From sequence record SRR20825006_226: a stretch of DNA of 64,000 nt; one strand, written 5' to 3'. Shown here piece by piece: positions 10,311-19,881 of the stretch. A program made the translations under genes and the position numbers. The notes beneath the pieces are model-generated. The model searched no databases. It was not told the origin of the DNA and was given only the letters and a program-made list of their open reading frames with translations. Each line of letters begins with the position of its first letter. Position 1 is the first letter of the stretch.

Positions 10311-10745
10311 TTACTGCACTTCCTTTTTATCTAATCGATGATTTTCGAATAATTCGATGGCGCTTTTCAAAAGTCCAATCAGTCCAATTCCTAAGACTAA
10401 AACCCCGAGAGACAATTCCTCCAAAACAGTGTCTTCTGCAGAGTACAATCCATAGAACCCAACTAATATCATTAGTAATGCAGAGGCAGATATGATTCCC
10501 AAAAACAGTTTTCCAGATTTAGGGTTCTCCCAAACCTTTCTAGAAAGTTCGTTCTGCATTTTTGTTGTGTCTTGTAAAGTTGATAAGCTAATACCTACTC
10601 CCATAAATATGAGTGTATTATTATAGTATTCCCAAACAGATTCAAATCCATTTAAAAAAGGCATAAATGAATAAATTAAACCTGCTACCATTAGTGGATA
10701 CTGCAAATAACTGATGTAGTTAAAAAAATTTCTAGCGTTGAACAT
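10311..10745 (-). CDS. Hypothetical 4-TM membrane protein
   Basis: 144-aa ORF with four hydrophobic segments. Confidence 0.7.
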   Translation of the reverse strand: MFNARNFFNYISYLQYPLMVAGLIYSFMPFLNGFESVWEYYNNTLIFMGVGISLSTLQDTTKMQNELSRKVWENPKSGKLFLGIISASALLMILVGFYGLYSAEDTVLEELSLGVLVLGIGLIGLLKSAIELFENHRLDKKEVQ

Positions 10746-10881
10746 TTATCACCCGACTATGTTAATTCTACTTTGAGGTCTCTAGATTACCCTTTCCAAA
10801 ACCTAATTATCGCGACAAGATAGAAAACTTCATTTAAATAGCTAATTGCTCTCTTTTCTCGTAATTATTTTTATATCCCAT

Positions 10882-10930
10882 AAAAAAACCCTGATACCAA
10901 CACCTATTACAGCGCCCATATCAGGGTTTA
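10882..10930 (-). terminator. Probable intrinsic terminator downstream of LVIVD gene
   Basis: AAACCCTGATA...TATCAGGGTTT stem, T-tract on minus strand, unusually long loop. Confidence 0.55.
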
Positions 10931-10951
10931 TAATTTAAAGCTGTTTTCGAT

Positions 10952-12970
10952 TTAAGGCTTAGAACCTAACTCTCTAACAGTATCAGCTAACATTTTCACT
11001 TTGGATGCATTGTTAGAACTACCAGCATAGCTTTCAACAGTGTCTGCTAATTTGGTAAGTACTTGTTTACGCACTTTTGGTGAAGCTTTTTCAGCATTTA
11101 CTAATCCTTGACGAACTACATCTAAACTTCCAGCAGCTAATCCTTTCTCTCGTGCAAGTTGATCGGTATAAGCACGAGCTAATGCAAACGTAGTTGGCCA
11201 TTCAAACTTAGGTTGACCTTGAGCATTCAGATACGTTAGTTCAATCGACTTTGCAGCAGCAATTTCATTTTCCGTCAAATATGGGCTTGGACTCAATTGA
11301 AAGATATCTAATCCACGAGCGATTTCTGAACTTACAATAGAACCATTGTACCAGTAAACCGACCAGCTTCCACCCATTTGCATCTTATCTGCGGCAACAG
11401 GACCTCTATCATGAAATGCAATTTCTACAGGATTGTTAGCATCTGTCCAATCAAAGATTGAAATTCCACCTTGATACCAAGCTTGCACCATAATATCACG
11501 TCCAGGAACTGGAATCATAGAGCCATTATGAGCAACACAATTTTCTTCTGTGGTCTGAGCAGCTGGCATTTTATAATACTCTTCGAATTTCATTTTTCCA
11601 CCTTCAATAGTGAAAATGGCATTTGCGCCCCATTCCATCGGATCACCTTCGCGACATTTTGGTTGGCCACCGCCACCCCACTCATCTGTAAAGATAACTT
11701 TATTACCTTCATTGTTGAATGTAGCTGAATGCCAATACGAGAAATTAGAATCTGCAACAGCATCAATTCGAACAGGATTAGCTGGATTAGAAATATCTAA
11801 CAGCAATCCATATCCTTCACAAGCACCACCTGCTAATCCAATTTCTGGATACAAAGTAATATCATGACATTGAGTTGGTCCTTTACGAACAGGCTCTTTG
11901 CCATCTTCTCCACCGCCTCTCATAGCAGCAATAATTCCAGGTAAGTCTTCACGTAACTGAACACTATCAGCTGCTGTAGGCTCACCTGTTCCACCTCGTT
12001 TTGCTACAATACCGCTAAGCATTTGCTTTGCATAACTATCAGGAAGTACCGTTTCTTGTCCATTAAAATCTACAATAAAAGCTCCATTCTTTTTTGCAGC
12101 AGCAAGTGCTGGATAATCGGCAGGAGACATACCGTGACGTGGTGGCGCATCTAGATTTTCAAAAATTCTTGGAGAACTTACAATTTTAGCCATTCCTGGA
12201 TTAGCCAAAGGCACTTTTATTACTTCGATTCTAAATAATGCTGAATTTGGATCTTCTTCTGGTTGGGCATCAGAACAGCCAGGAAGCTCTTCATCTGGAC
12301 GAACACCAGCTGAACCAGAAACGTATACATAAACGTTTTCATTGTCATTTGGATCTTTTAGTACAGAGTGAGTATGAGATCCTCTACACGTTTGAACGTT
12401 GGAAATGTACTTTGGGTTTTCGATATCTGTGATGTCAAAAATTCTGATTCCACGTAAACGTTCTTTACTTACTGCTTTATCAACACCTTCAGTTCCACAA
12501 TCTAATCGACCAGTAGAACCTTCACCAGATACAAACATAAGATTTTCATATACAGATACATCACTTTGCGAAGCAGGGCAGATATACTCACGTACAACTT
12601 TTGGTTCCGCTGGATTGGAAATATCCCAAATAATCACGCCATTATAATTTCCCTGAATTGCATATTTACCTTTAAAAGCTAAATCTGAATTTGTAACTCC
12701 TAAAAAGTCTTTCGGGGGTGGAGTGGCTGATAACACTTCAAGATTCCAAGTGGCTTCTTCGGCATCGAATAAACCGGCTTTGAGACCAACTCTTGGATCA
12801 GGACTTGGGGCCATCACATTGTCGAGCTGAGTTACAGCGGGTGAGGTGTAAGGCATATCAATCATCTTCGATGAAGAAGAACAAGAATATGTTACAATAA
12901 GTGCTGCCGTAATTAGCAGAACCCAAAAGTGCCTTGATGCACCTTTAATAGTAGTAGAAGTTGTTTTCAT
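10952..12970 (-). CDS. LVIVD-repeat family lipoprotein (probable beta-propeller)
   Basis: Lipobox VTYSC; repeated I(W/F/L)DISNP..P units; NSDLAF, QSDVSVY, GSHTH, CHDIT, WHSATF, AHNG. Confidence 0.75.
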   Translation of the reverse strand: MKTTSTTIKGASRHFWVLLITAALIVTYSCSSSSKMIDMPYTSPAVTQLDNVMAPSPDPRVGLKAGLFDAEEATWNLEVLSATPPPKDFLGVTNSDLAFKGKYAIQGNYNGVIIWDISNPAEPKVVREYICPASQSDVSVYENLMFVSGEGSTGRLDCGTEGVDKAVSKERLRGIRIFDITDIENPKYISNVQTCRGSHTHSVLKDPNDNENVYVYVSGSAGVRPDEELPGCSDAQPEEDPNSALFRIEVIKVPLANPGMAKIVSSPRIFENLDAPPRHGMSPADYPALAAAKKNGAFIVDFNGQETVLPDSYAKQMLSGIVAKRGGTGEPTAADSVQLREDLPGIIAAMRGGGEDGKEPVRKGPTQCHDITLYPEIGLAGGACEGYGLLLDISNPANPVRIDAVADSNFSYWHSATFNNEGNKVIFTDEWGGGGQPKCREGDPMEWGANAIFTIEGGKMKFEEYYKMPAAQTTEENCVAHNGSMIPVPGRDIMVQAWYQGGISIFDWTDANNPVEIAFHDRGPVAADKMQMGGSWSVYWYNGSIVSSEIARGLDIFQLSPSPYLTENEIAAAKSIELTYLNAQGQPKFEWPTTFALARAYTDQLAREKGLAAGSLDVVRQGLVNAEKASPKVRKQVLTKLADTVESYAGSSNNASKVKMLADTVRELGSKP

Positions 12971-13020
12971 TTTATCTGGGTGTGTTTATTGTTGATTAAT
13001 ACCAACTAAGCTCAGGTTTA

Positions 13021-13734
13021 TTATTCAACCTTATCTTTAGATGAAAGCTCAGAAAGCATCAATTTCATGCGTTCAATTTCAGTAATTTGATCTACGTTAA
13101 TGTCTGCCGATAATTTAAAAGACTCTTCATCTTGCACAGCTCCATCAGTATTAATGAGCTTGGTTACCATAGTAATTGCACCACTGTGATGTTGAATCAT
13201 ATATTTAAGAAATAGCTTGTCGAAGGTTTCATTTTTTGCTTCGCTTAATTCTACCAATTGTTCTTGCGTTAGCATTCCTGCCATGCTCATGTGATCAGAA
13301 TGATCTCCTCCCGCACCATGAATCATCAAGTTCAATCCATTAATGTGAACTTCAGGCACTGGCTGTTTACGGTCTCTAAGCCATTTTTGCATAGCTGCAA
13401 TTTCATCTTTCTGAGCATTTATGATTCTAGACGCTAAGGTCTGAACTTGGACATTTGCTCCGTTCTTTGGCGCTAAATCAGACATAATCAAAGCTTGGGC
13501 GTGGTGGCCAATCATTCCCGTCATAAAGTCTACATCCGCTTGAACAAAATTCATTCTAGAACTATCAATTCGTGCCCAGTATAATTCTTCAAGATTAGCT
13601 TTTTCAGAGGAATTAGAAACTGATTTGGTAGATGTTGTTGCTTCGGTGCTCTTACAAGACCATCCCACAAACACCAATAACACTACTATACTTATTCTAG
13701 AACCCAAATTTATCTTTCTTTTTGAGGCTTTCAT
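13021..13734 (-). CDS. DUF305 family lipoprotein
   Basis: Lipobox GWSC; ADVDFMTGMIGHHAQA and FLKYMIQHHSGAI HH motifs; His/Met-rich linker. Confidence 0.88.
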   Translation of the reverse strand: MKASKRKINLGSRISIVVLLVFVGWSCKSTEATTSTKSVSNSSEKANLEELYWARIDSSRMNFVQADVDFMTGMIGHHAQALIMSDLAPKNGANVQVQTLASRIINAQKDEIAAMQKWLRDRKQPVPEVHINGLNLMIHGAGGDHSDHMSMAGMLTQEQLVELSEAKNETFDKLFLKYMIQHHSGAITMVTKLINTDGAVQDEESFKLSADINVDQITEIERMKLMLSELSSKDKVE

Positions 13735-13902
13735 TTTAATTCAGTAATTAGAGAAAACTTTGATTTATTTTTAGTCACTAGATTAATCATTAGATGAGTA
13801 AAAGACAAAATTGTTAAAATTGGAAATTACTTTCTAATAGTAATGATGAATGATTCGTCCTTTTATTACATTATTTATGCAAACTGAACCAACTTCTCAG
13901 CA

Positions 13903-14652
13903 ATGAAAAAATTCTTACCAAGCCTTTTATTTTTATTATTACTCAGCTTTAATGCATTAGCACAACTATCAACATCACCTGATGTTTTCACTACTCCTGA
14001 GGGTGACTTAACTGTTTATGCTGTAAATCATGGAAGTGTTGCCTTCACTTTTGGCGACAAAACCATACTGGTAGACCCTTATGGAGGAGCTGAATTATTT
14101 AGCGAGTTTAATGCGCCGGATATCATTTTCATTACAGATATTCATGGTGATCATTTAAATGCTGGAACCCTTGCTGGCTTAGATACAGAGAATACAACTT
14201 TTGTGGTTCCACAGGCAGTTGCAGACCAAATGGATGAGATATACCAAGACCAATTGGTTATTATTGGGAATGATGAAAGCACCGAACTACACGGAATTAA
14301 AGCATCTGCAATTCCGATGTATAATCTCCCTGATGATGAATCTGCTCGTCATATAAAAGGGCGCGGTAACGGCTACATTTTAACTTTTGGTGAAATGAAC
14401 GTCTACCTTTCTGGTGATACCGAAGACATTCCCGAAATGCGAGCGCTCACAAACATCGATATCGCTTTTGTGTGTATGAATCTTCCTTACACCATGGATA
14501 TCAATCAGGCAGCAAGTGCTGTTCTAGAGTTTAAACCAGCTGTAATGTATCCTTATCACCACCGCGGACAAGATATCGAAGCTTTCAAAAAGCTTATTAT
14601 CGACAAGAATAAGAATATTGATGTACGCTTGAAGAACTGGTATTCTAATTAG
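13903..14652 (+). CDS. Exported MBL-fold metallo-hydrolase
   Basis: Signal peptide; DIHGDH, SGDT, MNLPYTM, YPYH. Confidence 0.85.
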   Translation: MKKFLPSLLFLLLLSFNALAQLSTSPDVFTTPEGDLTVYAVNHGSVAFTFGDKTILVDPYGGAELFSEFNAPDIIFITDIHGDHLNAGTLAGLDTENTTFVVPQAVADQMDEIYQDQLVIIGNDESTELHGIKASAIPMYNLPDDESARHIKGRGNGYILTFGEMNVYLSGDTEDIPEMRALTNIDIAFVCMNLPYTMDINQAASAVLEFKPAVMYPYHHRGQDIEAFKKLIIDKNKNIDVRLKNWYSN

Positions 14653-14704
14653 TGGTTAGCTCTTTAGGTTATTCGGTGACTGAGATGGTAGTTTTTAAGT
14701 CTCG

Positions 14705-14891
14705 GTCGTCCCGAATTTATTTCGGGATCTTATGGTAAAGCTAGTTAGCTAAACAACTCACTCACTAGTCCTCATTACGAACATCATCGTTCGTAATGCC
14801 ATCTAGAAGCTCTAGCTTCCATTGGTTTTGATGTTTTGCTGTATCTTTCTTCTTATTCCTCACAAAGATGCTGAAACAACTTCAGCATAAC
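14705..14891. repeat. Cluster of REP-like palindromes in convergent intergenic region
   Basis: GTCGTCCCGAA-tttat-TTCGGGATCT (14705-14730), CATTACGAAC..GTTCGTAATG (14773-14798), GAAGC-tcta-GCTTC (14806-14819), AGATGCTGAA-acaac-TTCAGCATAAC (14866-14891). Confidence 0.6.
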
Positions 14892-14919
14892 TGAATATTC
14901 TATCATTCTAAATACGCTA

Positions 14920-16569
14920 TTAATTCCCCAACGTGTTCAAACTTCCCACGTAAAGATTATTGTCTACCACTAAGTTTTTACCAAAGCTGGATAATTCTTG
15001 CCATCTAGTTAATGGCTTTAGCAGCACTTCTTCTCCATCAATAAATACTTTAACTGGCATATCAAACTTTCTAATAGCGTTAGTCCACTTATAAAAAAGC
15101 TTCCCGCCCTTAAAGCTGTATTCCAACATTGGAATTCTAACATCTCGTAAATATTGATCGAATACAGGAGTTAAATCACGCCCTACAGCTTTGCTTATAT
15201 ACGCTTCAATCTGTTTGGTAGTAACCGTTTGATGATAAAACTCTTTGTTCAAACCACGTAACATCATTCTCCACTTTTCATCATCATTCATTATTTGGCG
15301 AATGGTATGTAGCATATTCGCTCCTTTATAGTACATATCGGAGGAGCCTTCGTAGTTCACGTCATATATCCCAATAATAGGTCGGTCATTTAGAATATTT
15401 AGTCGTGTTCCAATCACATATTCGCTGCCTGCTTTTTTGCCATAATGATATTCTAGAAACAATGATTCTGAGTAGTTGGTAAAGCTTTCGTGAATCCACA
15501 TATCCGCAACATCTCTGTAGGTGATATTGTTGGCAAACCATTCATGTCCCGACTCGTGGATAATGATAAAATCGAATTTAAGCCCCCAACCCGAACCGCT
15601 TAAATCTCTCCCTAAATATCCATTTTTGTATTTATTGCCGTAAGTAATCGAACTTTGATGTTCCATCCCCAAATACGGAGCTTCCACTAACTTGTAACTG
15701 TCTTCGTAAAAAGGATACGGTCCAAACCAATGTTCAAAGGCTTTCATCATTCGTGGAGCATCAGCAAATTGCTGAATGGCTATTTCCTTGTTCTCACGAA
15801 GTACGTAGTAATCCATATCTAATTCACCGTTTTCTCCGGCATATTTTTCACCAAAATGGACATAATCACCAATATTGATATTTACACCGTAGTTGTTAAT
15901 CGGATTTGAAACAAACCAATGCCATGTTGTTGTATTGTTTTTGTGTTCTTCAACCTTTTCCAACCGCCCATTAGAAACATCCATAAGATCTTTAGGCGTA
16001 GTTACGCTAATACGCATGCTATCAGGCTCGTCATAACCATGATCTTTGTTTGGCCACCAAATGCTTGCACCAATTCCTTGGTTTGAAGTTGCAATAAAAG
16101 GCTTGCCATTCCCATCTTTAGTCCAAGTAAAACCGCCATCCCACGGTGCACGGATAGCAACTTTGGGTTTACCATAAAAATCTACCGTTATCTCATTGAT
16201 AGACCCTTTTCGTTGGGTTTTCGGAAGTGTGATAAAATATGCACTTCCATCTTTTTCAAACTCCAATCGCTTACCAGCAAGCAACACTTTGTTGATATAC
16301 ATCGGCTCTTGAAGGTCAATTTGCATTCTCCCGACACCTTCTTCTAAAACTCTATACTTAATAACATTAGTACCGGAGATTGAACTATCATCTAAGTTTA
16401 CGGCCACAGAAAGGTGGTAATAGGTAACATCCCACCAAGCTCGTTCTGGTGTTATACTTCCTCTCAGTGTATCCTGACGAGTAAAATCTGGTTGACGTCC
16501 AAATAACTGTGCTTGAGCAATATTGCCAAATGTGCAAAATAGAATGAGTGTAAGAAATGCTTTTATCAT
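14920..16569 (-). CDS. M1 family metallo-aminopeptidase, exported
   Basis: Signal peptide; LGMEH; HESGH(18x)E zinc motif; YYKGA. Confidence 0.92.
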   Translation of the reverse strand: MIKAFLTLILFCTFGNIAQAQLFGRQPDFTRQDTLRGSITPERAWWDVTYYHLSVAVNLDDSSISGTNVIKYRVLEEGVGRMQIDLQEPMYINKVLLAGKRLEFEKDGSAYFITLPKTQRKGSINEITVDFYGKPKVAIRAPWDGGFTWTKDGNGKPFIATSNQGIGASIWWPNKDHGYDEPDSMRISVTTPKDLMDVSNGRLEKVEEHKNNTTTWHWFVSNPINNYGVNINIGDYVHFGEKYAGENGELDMDYYVLRENKEIAIQQFADAPRMMKAFEHWFGPYPFYEDSYKLVEAPYLGMEHQSSITYGNKYKNGYLGRDLSGSGWGLKFDFIIIHESGHEWFANNITYRDVADMWIHESFTNYSESLFLEYHYGKKAGSEYVIGTRLNILNDRPIIGIYDVNYEGSSDMYYKGANMLHTIRQIMNDDEKWRMMLRGLNKEFYHQTVTTKQIEAYISKAVGRDLTPVFDQYLRDVRIPMLEYSFKGGKLFYKWTNAIRKFDMPVKVFIDGEEVLLKPLTRWQELSSFGKNLVVDNNLYVGSLNTLGN

Positions 16570-16678
16570 GGATACTAAACTGTAGTATGGTTGTTTAACT
16601 CAGAATATAACAATAGCCTTTAAAGTTAGTAGAGCAAACACTCTATTTTCTTAGTTTGTGATTTTAGCTTATTTCCAT

Positions 16679-16711
16679 AAAAAAAGGCAATCCCATTTAC
16701 GGAATTGCCTT
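16679..16711 (-). terminator. Intrinsic terminator after cupredoxin gene
   Basis: AAGGCAATCC..GGAATTGCCTT stem with T-tract on minus strand. Confidence 0.7.
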
Positions 16712-16736
16712 CTACTTTAATCAATTTTAAGTTTTA

Positions 16737-17216
16737 TCAGCTTTTTATTTCTTTTACAGTAAGCACGCCTTTCATTCCACCATAAAAGTGACCTGGGAAA
16801 GAGCATACATACTCGTAGTCACCCAGTTTTGTAGGAACTGTAAAGATAACTTCAACCGTTTCGCCACCACCAGCTAAATCCGTAGCTGCTAGTATTTGGT
16901 CTTTCAACTCTGGTGCAATGTATTGGTTGTCTCTTGCTTTAGCAGAAGCATTCACAAATGCCTTCATGTCAACTCCGCTATCTAGAAATACAATGTTATG
17001 TCCCATTGCTTGCTTAGGAATTCTACTCACTACTGTAAGAACAACTTTAATTGTTTCACCTGGCTGGGCGTCTATCGTTGTCACGTCAAACTTCATGTTG
17101 TCAGTGCCTTTAACTTCTATAACTCGTGGGTTATCTACCGTGCCTTGTGCAACTGCTGCGCTTGCAAATAATACGGCTACTACTAAGGTTGTGAATATAT
17201 TTTTAAGTGATTTCAT
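16737..17216 (-). CDS. Azurin/auracyanin-like blue copper protein
   Basis: Signal peptide; DNMKFD, MGHNIV, CSFPGHFYGGM (H, C, H, M ligands). Confidence 0.9.
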   Translation of the reverse strand: MKSLKNIFTTLVVAVLFASAAVAQGTVDNPRVIEVKGTDNMKFDVTTIDAQPGETIKVVLTVVSRIPKQAMGHNIVFLDSGVDMKAFVNASAKARDNQYIAPELKDQILAATDLAGGGETVEVIFTVPTKLGDYEYVCSFPGHFYGGMKGVLTVKEIKS

Positions 17217-17267
17217 CGTTCTGTTCTTTTTATGGTTAAAACTGTTTTCTATTTATTTTTATAGAGC

Positions 17268-18431
17268 TTATTTCGATTTAGGTTTCGCAATAAATAGCCC
17301 GGCTGCCCCTTTCTGCATATCGGCCATTTCGTGATCTACTAGTACATAATGTCCTGGCTCAGAAACTATAAACTCTAATACTGCGCCATTACTTGATCCT
17401 AACAACACGGTTTGCATTCCATGCATCTCATTTTTCAAGTTTCCTTCGTACCAAACTCGGTCGAATATTGCACCAATTACGTGTGTGCTTGAAACATCAT
17501 TTGGGCCAACATTTAGCATGTAGATCCTTACTCTGTCACCTACTTCTACTTCCATTGGATTGTCCATTAATGCACTTTGGTGTCCGTTAAAAGCAACTAT
17601 TGAAGGTCGTTTTTCGTCGGCAGCATCAAAATCTAGTACATATAAGTCGCTACCTTCTTCTTTCTTTAGGTAGAATTCTGACTGAACTACTGCAAACTCT
17701 TTATCAACAGAATTGTCGGTTGGGTATCCTTCTTTTGGAGATACAATTACCATTCCATATTGCCCCATAGACATGTGTTGCAATACTGGTGGTACGCCAC
17801 AATGGTAAATATGAACGCCTGGGTAGTTTGCAATCCACTCAAAACGAACTGACATTCCTGGGGGGACAGCTCTCCATTTATCATCGGCAGCTACTGTACC
17901 TGAGTGAAAATCTATCGAGTGCATCATTGGCATCTCATCACCAACTGGCTTTTGTAATTTAGACATCGCCAATTGTTGAAGAAATGGAGCATTACCTTTC
18001 ATTGGAGCTGTAATATCTACAGCTTCATCACTACGATTTTTCATTGTAAAAACTACTTTATCACCTTCACGAACGTGTAAAACAGGACCAGGAACGGTTC
18101 CACCGAACGTCCAAGCCACATAACGAACACCTTCAGCAACTTCAATTTCCTGTGCCAAAATATCCATACGGACATGATGCACTCTATTGCCCTTTGGAAG
18201 AGTTGCGATGTTTGGAAGCATTGTAACATACTCCCCAACTACTGGAGGGCCGTCATAATCCTCTGTAAAAAGTTCAGCTTCTGGCAAACCAAACCACTTT
18301 CCTTCAACTTGGAATTTAGCTTGTAGTTCTTTGCCTTTCTCCTGGGCAGAAACAAAACTTGTACCGAGGGTTAAAACCATTAGCCCTACTAACACCATCA
18401 TTAATTTTGAATATCTCATTGTTATGTTCAT
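17268..18431 (-). CDS. nirK: Copper-containing nitrite reductase (NirK-type)
   Basis: WTFGGTVPGP, HSIDFH, YHCGVPPVLQH, STHVIG, YVLVDH; signal peptide; axial Met position is Gln. Confidence 0.8.
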   Translation of the reverse strand: MNITMRYSKLMMVLVGLMVLTLGTSFVSAQEKGKELQAKFQVEGKWFGLPEAELFTEDYDGPPVVGEYVTMLPNIATLPKGNRVHHVRMDILAQEIEVAEGVRYVAWTFGGTVPGPVLHVREGDKVVFTMKNRSDEAVDITAPMKGNAPFLQQLAMSKLQKPVGDEMPMMHSIDFHSGTVAADDKWRAVPPGMSVRFEWIANYPGVHIYHCGVPPVLQHMSMGQYGMVIVSPKEGYPTDNSVDKEFAVVQSEFYLKKEEGSDLYVLDFDAADEKRPSIVAFNGHQSALMDNPMEVEVGDRVRIYMLNVGPNDVSSTHVIGAIFDRVWYEGNLKNEMHGMQTVLLGSSNGAVLEFIVSEPGHYVLVDHEMADMQKGAAGLFIAKPKSK

Positions 18432-18451
18432 TATTTGTTGATTTTAAGTAT

Positions 18452-18469
18452 TAAGACAATTTTGTCTTA
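18452..18469. promoter_or_regulatory. Candidate Rrf2 operator upstream of nirK
   Basis: TAAGACAATTTTGTCTTA near-perfect palindrome, matching two other sites. Confidence 0.7.
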
Positions 18470-18629
18470 ATTATTTATATGATAATCTTCATTTAAAATG
18501 AACTTATTCAAACATTGTGAATTTAAGATGAACTTGTCTGAAATTTATTTCAACTTGCGCCAATGCTTAAAAGCATGACTTTTTTATTTATTCTGATTAT
18601 CTACTAGCTAATGCATAACATAAATAGCC

Positions 18630-18806
18630 ATGAAAAATTTAGATTCAAACCAAGCTGAAAAAATTAGAAACGCCTGCATTAATGCGGCTAAAGAAGGTTT
18701 TATAGACGCCTCAATAAGTGGACTCTGTACCGAAGGTGCAATGGAAGCAGCCATAAGTTCTATTGAAATGTTAGATCTCGAAAAAATCCTTTCTCAATCT
18801 AAATGA
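18630..18806 (+). CDS. Small protein (58 aa) absent from the ORF track
   Basis: MKNLDSNQAEKIRNACINAAKEGFIDASISGLCTEGAMEAAISSIEMLDLEKILSQSK*; ATGA overlap with next gene. Confidence 0.75.
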   Translation: MKNLDSNQAEKIRNACINAAKEGFIDASISGLCTEGAMEAAISSIEMLDLEKILSQSK

Positions 18807-19006
18807 AGCAGCGAATTGTCGACTTTTTCCAAGATGAGCAAGGTGATTGGGTTTCTATACTAGAATGTGGTCACACGCAACATGTTAGGCATAATCCGCC
18901 TTGGCAATTACGCCCATGGATTATTACAGAGGAAGGCAGAAAGAGCAGGCTTGGCGCTCAACTTAATTGTTTAAAATGTAATCGGAACGAGCCTAAAGAT
19001 GTTTGA
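18803..19006 (+). CDS. DUF3565-like small Cys/His protein
   Basis: DW..LECGHTQHVRHNPPW..RPW...LNCLKC. Confidence 0.8.
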   Translation: MKQRIVDFFQDEQGDWVSILECGHTQHVRHNPPWQLRPWIITEEGRKSRLGAQLNCLKCNRNEPKDV

Positions 19007-19029
19007 AAGATTCTTAATACTTACTTCAT

Positions 19030-19440
19030 CTAATGCTTTGCATAGCTAACAATTCTTTTCCAATGTAAACTCGCAAAAAGTATAACCGCGAGTGTCTCAA
19101 AAGCTCTACCAAGAAATGCTAAATGAGATATTCCTGTGCTAAAATTAGATACGATAACCACTCCAATTCCTACATTCAGGAAAATAACCATCAGCACAGC
19201 CATTAAGCCATTTCCTCTCTCTTTCGAGTTTAGAAATCTAGGAAGCATCCAATAAGCTGTTCCTAGAGTAAACTGAATAATCCATCCGAAAATAAGAAGT
19301 TCAATATGCACGGGTAAAAATATCCACAATTGAGGAGATATTGGGAAAGCTTTATGGGTTAACAACAAAGCTCCAATTGTGATTCCAGAAATTAGGTAAA
19401 GAAGAGACAGCCGGATCATCCATATAGAAACGTTAGGCAT
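19030..19440 (-). CDS. 4-TM membrane protein with His motif (HCO subunit I/NnrS-like repeat)
   Basis: HIELLIFGWIIQFTLGTAYWMLPRF. Confidence 0.7.
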   Translation of the reverse strand: MPNVSIWMIRLSLLYLISGITIGALLLTHKAFPISPQLWIFLPVHIELLIFGWIIQFTLGTAYWMLPRFLNSKERGNGLMAVLMVIFLNVGIGVVIVSNFSTGISHLAFLGRAFETLAVILFASLHWKRIVSYAKH

Positions 19441-19441
19441 T

Positions 19442-19879
19442 TTATAAATCCTTATTAGCTCTTAAAATGCGCTTCTTTTTACCTTTAATTCTAGGCCAAA
19501 TCTCAATAGCGTACGATAAAACAGCTATAAACTGAGCTACTGACGAAATTGCTAACAACACTTTCCAAACTAAACTAGGCGATGTGTTTATGAAAGGTTC
19601 TGCAATAACTCTCAACAATAAACCAATATTCAAGCAGATAAACGCAGTCCAAACCCAACGTTGATTTTTGAAACTCTCTTCTTTTTCTCTGCCCGGAAAC
19701 ATCCAATGAGAAACGCCCATAATGATTTGGGTAATCCATCCTAGCATTAACATATGCCAAAACAAAGGAAATAGTACCGGAGTTAAGGCTGATTGAAATT
19801 GCAAACCCAAGCCTGTAATTAACGCTGCGATGAAGAATATTAGTCCTGATTTTAGGAAGAGTCGTGATATAAGAGGCAT
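19442..19879 (-). CDS. 4-TM membrane protein with His motif (paralog of neighbour)
   Basis: HMLMLGWITQIIMGVSHWMFP. Confidence 0.7.
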   Translation of the reverse strand: MPLISRLFLKSGLIFFIAALITGLGLQFQSALTPVLFPLFWHMLMLGWITQIIMGVSHWMFPGREKEESFKNQRWVWTAFICLNIGLLLRVIAEPFINTSPSLVWKVLLAISSVAQFIAVLSYAIEIWPRIKGKKKRILRANKDL

Positions 19880-19881
19880 TG

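Noticed and set aside
14653-14919. CRISPR array, tRNA or riboswitch
   Set aside because: No regular repeat-spacer periodicity or cloverleaf; better explained as REP-like palindromes
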